A stretch of 32,000 nt of DNA, from NCBI GenBank assembly GCA_031286305.1, contig JAITUM010000172.1, positions 1 through 32,000 of the forward strand. The letters are read 5' to 3'. The notes under the pieces were generated by a model. It did no database searches, was not told the DNA's origin, and saw nothing but the letters and a program-made list of their open reading frames with translations. Positions 9,639 through 16,287 of the stretch are shown piece by piece. The position numbers and the translations under genes were made by a program. The stretch's first letter is position 1; each line of letters starts with the position of its first letter. This stretch comes from Candidatus Fibrimonadaceae bacterium (lineage in GTDB: Bacteria > Fibrobacterota > Fibrobacteria > Fibrobacterales > Fibrobacteraceae).

Positions 9639-10501
9639 AACACATTCACTTTAACCACACCGCTTGTGTGTAGAATAAAAATGTAAGAATACTCGGCAGG
9701 GGTTATGTCTATAACGTTTCTTATGCTGAGCGAGTCCAAGCTTATGGTTTTTCGCCAAACGGCTTGGTTATCATAAACACCTATTTTTCTACAGGTTTTG
9801 TCTAAAAGATAAACGCCGTAATTGTTTGCAACAAGCCTGTCTGCGGAACAAAAATGTTTTTCATTGCCGGAAGTTTGAGACATAGGATCACTACTGGAAA
9901 AACCACCGCTTTTAGGGTACCTTGTTAGATTTATCGGTTGCGCTGTAATCCCTTCCACAGCAAAATACTCGCTATCCGTAGCCGCCAAAGCCAAAACTCT
10001 TTGCGAAGATACATTGTTTTTTTTTGCGCATGGATTTATGTTCCAAACTTCAAGCCCAATTTCGCTCCCAACCGCAAGCTCATTCCCATGAATTGCAAAA
10101 ACCCCATTTCTGTTAGCATTACATGCCACTTCATCGTCCAAAAATTTTAATACCGCTCTATCTTGAACATAAAAATTGTTGCCCGCAGAAAAAACATCAT
10201 TTGGAAACCCGCTAAAACCATGAGACTCCTCTAAATTAAATGCGCACTCATAAAGATTATCTCTTTTATAAGAGTGTACATAATAAAAATCATCTAAAAT
10301 ATAAAGTTTTCCATTTCCGGAAGCCATTTTAACAGGACGATGTGCTGCCGGCAAAAAATCATCAAAAGAACCAAATGAGCAAGAAGCCTTCCCAACCGTC
10401 CCGCTCTCCCACTCCCCACCACATCCAAGCAAGATAAGTGCCAGGACTCCATACCTTAACCTTTCAAAGGTTTCCACCATCCTTCGTTTTCCTTGTACCA
10501 T
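9635..10501 (-). CDS. Putative lipoprotein, possibly beta-propeller-like
   Basis: N-terminus ...RLRYGVLALILLGCGG carries a lipobox-like LLGC. Recurrent short beta-strand-like units (KLYILDDFYYV, NFYVQDRAVL, GVYLLDKTCRKIGVYD). An alternative ATG lies at 10480. Its stop overlaps the typA stop by 2 nt. Confidence 0.55.
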   Translation of the reverse strand: MVQGKRRMVETFERLRYGVLALILLGCGGEWESGTVGKASCSFGSFDDFLPAAHRPVKMASGNGKLYILDDFYYVHSYKRDNLYECAFNLEESHGFSGFPNDVFSAGNNFYVQDRAVLKFLDDEVACNANRNGVFAIHGNELAVGSEIGLEVWNINPCAKKNNVSSQRVLALAATDSEYFAVEGITAQPINLTRYPKSGGFSSSDPMSQTSGNEKHFCSADRLVANNYGVYLLDKTCRKIGVYDNQAVWRKTISLDSLSIRNVIDITPAEYSYIFILHTSGVVKVNVF

Positions 10502-11424
10502 TTCACGGTTTCGGGTAACCCTGTGCCGAATGTGTATTTTGGTTCCCAGCCAAGCTCTTTGCGAATGCGGGTTGCATCTATGGCATAGCGCAAATCGTGC
10601 CCCAAGCGGTCTGTTACAAATTCAATTTGAGTTTCATCCACGCCCATCATTTTAACGAGTTCTTTTGCAATATCTATATTTTTCCACTCATTGTTTCCAC
10701 CAATATTATACACTCGTCCTGCCTCTCCCTTTTCCAAAGCGAGCAAAATTCCCGTGCAATGATCTTCAACATGAAGCCAATCGCGAACATTCAACCCTTT
10801 ACCATAAACAGGAATCTTTTTGCCTTGCATAAGATGCGTAACCGCAAGCGGAATCAGTTTTTCGGGGAATTGATAAGGGCCATAATTGTTTGAGCAACGG
10901 GTTATTACGGTATCAAGGTTGTAGGTTTCGTTCCATGCGCGTACCAAAAAATCTGCGCCTGCTTTTGACGCGCTGTATGGGCTGTTTGGTGCAAGCGGGG
11001 TATCTTCGGTAAAAAGTCCGGTTTCTCCGAGCGTTCCGTAAACCTCATCTGTGCTAACTTGTAAAAATCTTATTTTTTTCTCTTTTGCATATTTCAGAAG
11101 TTTTAAAGTTCCTTCCACATTTGTGCGAATAAACACGCCCGGATTTTTTATTGAATTATCAACATGCGACTCTGCCGCAAAGTTCACAATAGCATCCACG
11201 CTTGGCAGCAAACTGCCTGCGGCGCAAATATCTTCATCGCTAGTTATATCGCCTTTAAAAAAGGAGTAGCGGGGATTATCCTCAACATCTCTCAGATTTT
11301 CAATATTGCCTGCATAGGTCAAAGCATCTAAGTTTGCAATATTCCAATTAGGCCGTTCTTTTAAAACAAGTTTAACAAAGTTGGTCCCAATAAACCCGCA
11401 ACAACCGGTAACTAAAATGTTCAT
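10456..11424 (-). CDS. rfbB: dTDP-glucose 4,6-dehydratase
   Basis: Start taken at internal ATG 11424 (MNILVTGCCGFIGTNF, Rossmann GxxGxxG). YSASKAGAD (YxxxK) present, and the end resembles RfbB (GLPETVKWYKENEGWWKPLK). Confidence 0.9.
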   Translation of the reverse strand: MNILVTGCCGFIGTNFVKLVLKERPNWNIANLDALTYAGNIENLRDVEDNPRYSFFKGDITSDEDICAAGSLLPSVDAIVNFAAESHVDNSIKNPGVFIRTNVEGTLKLLKYAKEKKIRFLQVSTDEVYGTLGETGLFTEDTPLAPNSPYSASKAGADFLVRAWNETYNLDTVITRCSNNYGPYQFPEKLIPLAVTHLMQGKKIPVYGKGLNVRDWLHVEDHCTGILLALEKGEAGRVYNIGGNNEWKNIDIAKELVKMMGVDETQIEFVTDRLGHDLRYAIDATRIRKELGWEPKYTFGTGLPETVKWYKENEGWWKPLKG

Positions 11425-11483
11425 GCTTTGAATATAGTAATTAATGATTAACTCAATGTTTGGGTAGTAAGCGGTATAATGTA

Positions 11484-11512
11484 AATATACATTATTTTTC
11501 GGCAAACGTCAA
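11484..11512 (-). promoter_or_regulatory. Sigma-70-type promoter for rfbB: TTGACG, 17 nt spacer, TATATT
   Basis: Minus-strand TTGACG (11512-11507), 17 nt spacer, TATATT (11489-11484). An A-rich tract lies upstream and the site is about 55 nt upstream of ATG 11424. Confidence 0.45.
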
Positions 11513-11714
11513 CTTTTTTTGCATTTTTTTTTATTTTTTTTAATATTTTTTTTGCGCCAAGCTAGCTAGCGAGGCTCTTTTTTTTAATTTTGCGTATCAA
11601 GCTAATACACAAACAACAGCTTTTGGGCTACCTTCACAGGTAGCAAAACAACAATAAGCGCTTACAACATTACATTAGCTTTTTTTTTAAAAAAACCTTT
11701 GTCATGCAAAGCTT

Positions 11715-12668
11715 CTAGCCTCTATAGGGCTCACCGGATTTAACAACACCGAAAGCTATTTTTACTAGCCTATGCATTACAGCAGTCAAAGCTAACATTT
11801 TAGGTTTTCCTTTTTCTGTTAGCCTTTTATACATTTTTGCCATTGGGGTTCTGTTAAGCTGGATAGCACTAGAGGCGCACATAAACAAAAGACCGCGCAA
11901 ATACGGGTTGCCTGTTTTGGATATTTTGCCATTGCCTTTTATGCTTGTGCCGCTTTCAAAAATTGTTGGGTCTAAACCAATAAAAGATGTTAGCTGCTTG
12001 TGCGTTGCAAACGGTTCTAGACCTTTGCAACGGACAAGAAGCGTAGCGGCTGTTTTGGCACCTATGCCGGGTATCGTTTTCGACAGACGAAATTGCTCCG
12101 GGAAAATTTCCTTTACCAAATCGTAAAGTTCTTTTTCCAAGGCTTTTTGCTGCTCTTTGCAAATGGACTTCACGCTAGACATTGCAGCTAATGCTTTGTC
12201 GCTTTTGCCAGCTACTAGAGCGGCGGAAGTTTTCATATTGCCCGCAGACCTTTCGAGCTTGGATAGACCGGACAATAGGGAAACTATCACCATAGCCCTT
12301 GCATGTTTAAGTGGCAAAGGCTGCCAAAATTCTATCTGTGCGCTCTTGGTCTCTGCGTAGCCTGCAATGAGTCTAGCGTCCTTTTTATCCGTCTTTACCT
12401 TGTTGCCAAGAGACTGCATATAACGACGGACAAAAAGGGGGTTAAATATCCGAACAAGCGCGCCGTTTTTACACAGGAATTTAGCCATCTGGTAATGGTA
12501 ATTACCTGTTGCCTCCATTGTGTAAATAGCATTGGGCGGGGTGTTCTTTAGAAGAACGCGCCAGCCTTTGCGGTTGTTGCTGTATTTGACATCAACGCCA
12601 TTGCAATGGGCGTTAAATGTGTCTTTTGAGATGTCTATGCCAACATAGACCTTTTTCTTAACATTCAT
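11715..12668 (-). CDS. IS110-family DEDD transposase/recombinase
   Basis: Start at ATG 12668 after GAGAGG. N-terminal VYVGIDISKDTFNAH (DEDD_Tnp_IS110-type). C-terminal LSKTIPGIGAKTAATLL...FESGTSIKGNGKISKTGNPYLRGLL (Transposase_20-type). Confidence 0.9.
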   Translation of the reverse strand: MNVKKKVYVGIDISKDTFNAHCNGVDVKYSNNRKGWRVLLKNTPPNAIYTMEATGNYHYQMAKFLCKNGALVRIFNPLFVRRYMQSLGNKVKTDKKDARLIAGYAETKSAQIEFWQPLPLKHARAMVIVSLLSGLSKLERSAGNMKTSAALVAGKSDKALAAMSSVKSICKEQQKALEKELYDLVKEIFPEQFRLSKTIPGIGAKTAATLLVRCKGLEPFATHKQLTSFIGLDPTIFESGTSIKGNGKISKTGNPYLRGLLFMCASSAIQLNRTPMAKMYKRLTEKGKPKMLALTAVMHRLVKIAFGVVKSGEPYRG

Positions 12669-12865
12669 GTTAACCTCTCTGTTTAAGTGTTTCAACGCTT
12701 GCGGGGACTTAATACCTTCACTCCTATAAACGAGCGCGAAGCCCAGAGTCTCAACTCGGCAAACATCACCACAAGCGTTTCCCATCATGCCACTATCTTA
12801 TTTCGCAAGCGTAAAAGCCCAAGGGTATGGACAGTTTCAGGCATGAAGGGTAATAAGGATTATCG
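12669..12865 (-). ncRNA. Candidate IS110 bridge (seek) RNA in the upstream non-coding end
   Basis: This stretch is GC-richer than the flanking AT-rich DNA. The long-range helix 12695-12704 / 12769-12778 has one G-U pair only on the minus-sense transcript. TCATGC (12785-12790) and GCATGA (12841-12846) match the terminal repeat GTCATGC in both orientations. The ends of the RNA are not defined. Confidence 0.35.
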
Positions 12866-13131
12866 ACCCGAAATTGAAATGCTTAATGTTTTTATTTTTA
12901 GTTTTTTTTTTACTAAACTGAATGAGAGCAAAAAGCACGCCAAAATAGACAGGCGGAAAAGGGAATCGATTTTTTTTCATATTATTTTTTATTCCATGCT
13001 ACTACATAAAAAATTTTTCTATTCAGAAAACCATCTGAAAAAAACCTAGAATTTTGTCATGCTTTTTGCAAACCACTACAGGGGATATTATAAATGTTTT
13101 CAATTATTCAAAATAATGATAAATATTAAAC

Positions 13132-13177
13132 TTTTCCCTGAACTGCCCATAATAGGGTGAAGGCAGTTCAGGGAAAA
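13132..13177. promoter_or_regulatory. Perfect 16-bp stem / 14-nt loop hairpin (candidate packaging signal, complementary-strand origin or recombination site)
   Basis: ttttccctgaactgcc (13132-13147) pairs perfectly with ggcagttcagggaaaa (13162-13177). No U-run follows on either strand, so it is not a classical terminator. Confidence 0.5.
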
Positions 13178-13277
13178 ATTTTAATAGACCCGCACCGCCA
13201 ACAACGGCTACACTTTGCCGCCGATGACAAAGGCAAAGAAAACAAAAACAGTCCGAAAGGACAATAAGGAGGTCAAC

Positions 13278-13583
13278 ATGACTAAAAGGAACAAGCTAGA
13301 AATAGCACGGATAAACGCAAACCAAAGTATAGATTTTTTTCGAATGAAAATCTGTGATTTGGAAAAAATAGGAAGCATAGAACTAAGAGCAAACAATACA
13401 GGCTCGCTAGGGTATAAAAATCTATACTTTGATAACGAAGATATTGGAATGGTGCTAATGAATGTGGAAACCAACGAACCGGAAGAATACGCAAACATAC
13501 ATTTGCAATATATGCCAAATATATGCGTGTTATGCATAGCCTACGAAAAAGAAAGATTAAAAATATTAAGAAAGGAGGTGTAG
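13278..13583 (+). CDS. Hypothetical protein (101 aa), opposite orientation to the phage structural module
   Basis: ATG 13278 lies 6 nt after AAGGAGG, and the stop abuts the next ORF. No motif recognised. Confidence 0.5.
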   Translation: MTKRNKLEIARINANQSIDFFRMKICDLEKIGSIELRANNTGSLGYKNLYFDNEDIGMVLMNVETNEPEEYANIHLQYMPNICVLCIAYEKERLKILRKEV

Positions 13584-13584
13584 A

Positions 13585-13806
13585 ATGAGGATAGAGCGGA
13601 AATATAGCAGAGCCCTAGACTATTGGGATAGGGCACTAAACCACACAATGAATGGGAAAAATAAAATTGCCTTGTGCTGTGCAAAGGTGGCAGCATACTA
13701 TTTTGACTTCGTGGCGCAGAATGCCCCGGAACTGGAGGATAGCAAGAAGGCTAGAGCGTATTTTTTCCAAGTGTGCGATAGCTATGGCTTAAACTACAAG
13801 ACGTGA
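13585..13806 (+). CDS. Hypothetical protein (73 aa)
   Basis: ATG 13585 follows AAGGAGGTG and lies 2 nt after the previous stop, suggesting a coupled pair. No motif recognised. Confidence 0.45.
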   Translation: MRIERKYSRALDYWDRALNHTMNGKNKIALCCAKVAAYYFDFVAQNAPELEDSKKARAYFFQVCDSYGLNYKT

Positions 13807-13862
13807 AAAAAGCCCTCCCGCCCATGCTTCAAGATTTAACACAGGCGGGTAACAGATTTAAT

Positions 13863-14174
13863 TTACTTTTCACTTTTTGCTCGTGGATGACGTCCTAACG
13901 TATGAAAAACACCCTTTAGGTTAGGGTCGGAGCTACTACGCCATTTATGGGTATTGCCTCTATTATCTTTACCGCCACAATCTGCGACCGCTTTAGCGTT
14001 TTGTTCACTCTTTTTCATTTCAAGACAAGGAGCCGTGCCGGGGCTTATTACAATAAGCTCTCCGTTTTCACAGACCAAATAACAGCCGGTCACGGGGGGG
14101 CTGTGCCGTTCTTGTGCAAAGGCACAGACAACAAGCATAAAAGCAAAAACGAAAATAAAAGAAATATTTATCAT
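13863..14174 (-). CDS. Small secreted protein (103 aa), apparently leaderless mRNA
   Basis: Signal-like MINISFIFVFAFMLVVCAFAQ followed by four further Cys. There is no SD, but a consensus promoter places the predicted transcription start within a few nt of the ATG. Confidence 0.45.
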   Translation of the reverse strand: MINISFIFVFAFMLVVCAFAQERHSPPVTGCYLVCENGELIVISPGTAPCLEMKKSEQNAKAVADCGGKDNRGNTHKWRSSSDPNLKGVFHTLGRHPRAKSEK

Positions 14175-14182
14175 ATATACAT

Positions 14183-14211
14183 AATATACATTTTTTTTTA
14201 CGACATGTCAA
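14183..14211 (-). promoter_or_regulatory. Sigma-70-type promoter (TTGACA, 17 nt spacer, TATATT) with its -10 element 8 nt from ATG 14174
   Basis: Minus-strand TTGACA (14211-14206), 17 nt spacer, TATATT (14188-14183). Only ATGTATAT separates the -10 element from the start codon. Confidence 0.45.
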
Positions 14212-14229
14212 GTTTTTTTTATGTTTTTT

Positions 14230-14982
14230 TTAGAATGGTAAAGGCTCATCGTCTAAGTTTATTTTGTAGTTCGGTTTTTCTGCGTAAGGGTCATAGGGTG
14301 GAATGACTGGTTCAAAGCCGTCTCTGTTTATTCGATACTCGCTTTTATACTCGTTGTAATAACGGCGCAGGGAAATGGTTAAATTGGCTTGCTGGTAAAC
14401 GCTCATTTTATACATCTGCTCTTCAAAAAGCAATAAAAATTCTGTAAAGGTTTCGCATTGACCCAGAGACTGGAAATTTTTAATTACGCTCTTTGTTTGG
14501 TTGATTTTATCAACGCTAGGTAAAAACGAATCTAAAAACAATGGGTCATTGGTTTCAACGCTTGCAGGGCTATACTGGTGCTTCTGCGGGTCATCGGCAT
14601 GGACTAGGTAACGCCTTGCACCCTTGATACAATAAACGCGCTCAAAGCTGTTTGGCATTAATAGCTGTTGGTTTTCTTCTTGGGCGGGTTCTTTTTCTTC
14701 ATTTTCTTTAGGTTCTTCTTTGTCAAATTTGCCGTATTCCTTGAAATAGTTTTGCATGGTGCTTAGTTCCCGGCTGGTGGCAAATGACAGCAGCAAATGC
14801 CAATGGGGTTTTACAGGTTCGTTCAGTTCATTGGTATCGTGGTCATGCTGGATAAAATAGAAGTTGCGGCATATTGATTTACAACGCTCTTTTATGGCTT
14901 CTAGATTATCCCAACCGGTTGGAATAATTAATTGCCAGCTTCTAGACTGGATTTTCTTTTCTTTTTTTGCTCTAGTTTTCAT
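14230..14982 (-). CDS. Rolling-circle replication initiator, plasmid RepB/pMV158 (Rep_2)-like
   Basis: 250 aa. FYFIQHDHD corresponds to LHDKD of RepB, KPHWHLLLSF to KAHYHVLY, and RYLVHADDPQKHQYSPASV is the Tyr-containing catalytic region. AAGGAA lies upstream. Confidence 0.75.
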   Translation of the reverse strand: MKTRAKKEKKIQSRSWQLIIPTGWDNLEAIKERCKSICRNFYFIQHDHDTNELNEPVKPHWHLLLSFATSRELSTMQNYFKEYGKFDKEEPKENEEKEPAQEENQQLLMPNSFERVYCIKGARRYLVHADDPQKHQYSPASVETNDPLFLDSFLPSVDKINQTKSVIKNFQSLGQCETFTEFLLLFEEQMYKMSVYQQANLTISLRRYYNEYKSEYRINRDGFEPVIPPYDPYAEKPNYKINLDDEPLPF

Positions 14983-15019
14983 CTTTAATTCCTTTGTTAA
15001 AGGTTAAATGTTAACTACC

Positions 15020-15090
15020 ACTACACCACGCATTAAGACAAGCCCATGCGTGGTGTAGTAGAAATTGGATTTCTACGGCTTTTTACTACA
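15020..15090 (-). promoter_or_regulatory. Candidate double-strand origin: two overlapping hairpins carrying TACTACA motifs immediately upstream of rep
   Basis: Hairpin 1 has a 14-bp perfect stem (15020-15033 / 15046-15059) and a 12-nt loop. Hairpin 2 has 11-bp arms with one mismatch (15054-15064 / 15080-15090). TACTACA sits at 15084-15090 and its complement at 15054-15060. The pMV158 family nick site is TACTACG/AC. Confidence 0.45.
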
Positions 15091-15262
15091 GATACTTGAA
15101 TTTCATAAGCCTTTTATAGCAGCCGTCGGAATTGCACCGCTCTACCAAACTGTATTCTTTCGTGCCCGACATCATACGATACCGGTGGTCGCTTGACTAC
15201 CAAGCTCGGCTACTAACTCCCTGTTTTCTCGGCTAGCTACAGGGATTTTACTTTAGACATAT

Positions 15263-15613
15263 TCAACCCCAAAAAATAAAAAATGCGAATTTGCAAACAT
15301 AAGCAATAAAAAATAAGTAGCAAACATAAAACAAAGAAAGCGCAAAAGGGACAATGAAAGCGAAACGAATTGGCAAAAGAAACAAACAAAATATACACGA
15401 AAAAAAAGCCAAAAAAGCGCCGAAAAAAAGTTGATAGCCAACATCAAAAACGACACCGAAAAGAGTATTGATAGCACCAAAAGAAACGCAGGCAATAGAA
15501 AATGTAATTACACTCATTAGCTTAACATGCTCATATTTCTTAACTTGGAAATAATGGATACATTTCAAATAATAAAACCTAACCAAACGAGAAACAAACA
15601 TTTTAAGTGACAT
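15263..15613 (-). CDS. Phage integral membrane protein (116 aa)
   Basis: ATG 15613 lies 4 nt after the stop of the preceding ORF, with AAGGGG upstream. Three to four hydrophobic segments. Confidence 0.5.
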   Translation of the reverse strand: MSLKMFVSRLVRFYYLKCIHYFQVKKYEHVKLMSVITFSIACVSFGAINTLFGVVFDVGYQLFFGAFLAFFSCIFCLFLLPIRFAFIVPFALSLFYVCYLFFIAYVCKFAFFIFWG

Positions 15614-15617
15614 TATT

Positions 15618-15764
15618 TTACCCCTTGATGAATTTTAAAGGACAATTTGCACAAGTGCCATCATAAGGGCAGTCAGAGCAAATACAGCAACACAAATCAG
15701 AATATTCACCGCAGGCAATGCAAATGCCGTTCTTATTTATTTTATCTATATCTATGGAATCCAT
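15618..15764 (-). CDS. Cys-rich 48-aa protein (11 Cys), below the ORF-track cutoff
   Basis: ATG 15764 follows GAGAGG. Translation is MDSIDIDKINKNGICIACGEYSDLCCCICSDCPYDGTCANCPLKFIKG. It is tightly followed by the next ORF. Confidence 0.45.
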   Translation of the reverse strand: MDSIDIDKINKNGICIACGEYSDLCCCICSDCPYDGTCANCPLKFIKG

Positions 15765-15904
15765 TTTTACCTCTCTACCGTGTCATCAACTGTTAAATAG
15801 TTTTTTTTCATTTCCAACGCCTCCGGCTTTTGAAAAAATGAAATTTGAACATCCTTTTGAGACTGTAGAAAACTATGTCAATAATAGCACTCATTTTTTT
15901 TCTC

Positions 15905-16084
15905 CTATGTTTTTGAGGCTCCATATACCAACAGATGTATTGTTATTATTATAGCTACCGCACCGGCAACAAATGGGATAAAAGTTAACGCACCACCCTG
16001 AAAGCCTAGCGTAAAAGCTGCTATTACACTATCCACAATTGCAGGAGTTAACTCATAAGGGGAATCACAAGCAAATGTTGTCAC
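15905..16084 (-). CDS. Small hydrophobic phage protein (59 aa)
   Basis: GTG 16084 lies 5 nt after GAGG and directly after the stop of the previous micro-ORF. The C-terminal half FIPFVAGAVAIIITIHLLVY is a TM segment. The ORF track extends it to 16132. Confidence 0.4.
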   Translation of the reverse strand: MTTFACDSPYELTPAIVDSVIAAFTLGFQGGALTFIPFVAGAVAIIITIHLLVYGASKT

Positions 16085-16086
16085 AA

Positions 16087-16176
16087 TTACCTCACAGCTA
16101 AAAAGAAAAGGACACCGAAAATTACAACGCACACACAGCCCAAAAAATAACCCAAAAGGAAAGAAAGAACAAACAC
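16087..16176 (-). CDS. 29-aa single-TM peptide (pVII/pIX-sized)
   Basis: GTG 16176 lies 6 nt after AAGGAGG and abuts the previous stop (TAAGTG). Translation is (M)FVLSFLLGYFLGCVCVVIFGVLFFLAVR. Confidence 0.45.
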   Translation of the reverse strand: MFVLSFLLGYFLGCVCVVIFGVLFFLAVR

Positions 16177-16287
16177 TTAAAACCTCCTTCTAAGGTAATC
16201 ATAAGCAAACCAAACGCAACATAAAACAGACCAACAGACAATAAAAATTGAGCAAGCCAAACCACTAACAAAAAGAAATCTATCCAT
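16177..16287 (-). CDS. 36-aa single-TM peptide (pVII/pIX-sized)
   Basis: ATG 16287 directly follows the TAG of the 235-aa ORF, with AAGGAGG 8 nt upstream. Translation is MDRFLFVSGLACSIFIVCWSVLCCVWFAYDYLRRRF. Confidence 0.45.
   Translation of the reverse strand: MDRFLFVSGLACSIFIVCWSVLCCVWFAYDYLRRRF

Larger units (their letters stand above)
11698..13062 (-). mobile_element. IS110-family insertion sequence (about 1.36 kb); limits inferred from a flanking direct repeat
   Basis: TTTGTCATGC occurs at 11698-11707 and 13053-13062, each preceded by AAAAAAACCT (11689-11698; 13038-13047). The unit encloses one IS110-type recombinase gene with a 394-nt upstream and about 7-nt downstream non-coding end. 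Confidence 0.5.

Noticed and set aside
12687-13049. 120-aa plus-strand ORF in the IS110 upstream end
   Set aside because: It runs through homopolymer T/A tracts and the candidate bridge-RNA region. It begins antisense to non-coding DNA, is of low complexity and has no SD.
13208-13537. Minus-strand ORFs (13208-13537, 13282-13518) opposite the 101-aa gene
   Set aside because: The + strand frame has a perfect AAGGAGG site and is coupled to the next gene. The minus frames have no start context.
15119-15152. tRNA-like D-arm string (AGTTTGGTAGAGC on the minus strand) in the phage non-coding region
   Set aside because: No matching D-stem 5' strand, anticodon arm, T-arm (GTTCGAATC-like) or acceptor stem could be built around it.
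15253-15495. 80-aa alternative-frame ORF overlapping the 116-aa membrane protein gene
   Set aside because: The 15263-15613 frame is coupled to the upstream Cys-rich ORF and has an SD. The alternative frame has neither.
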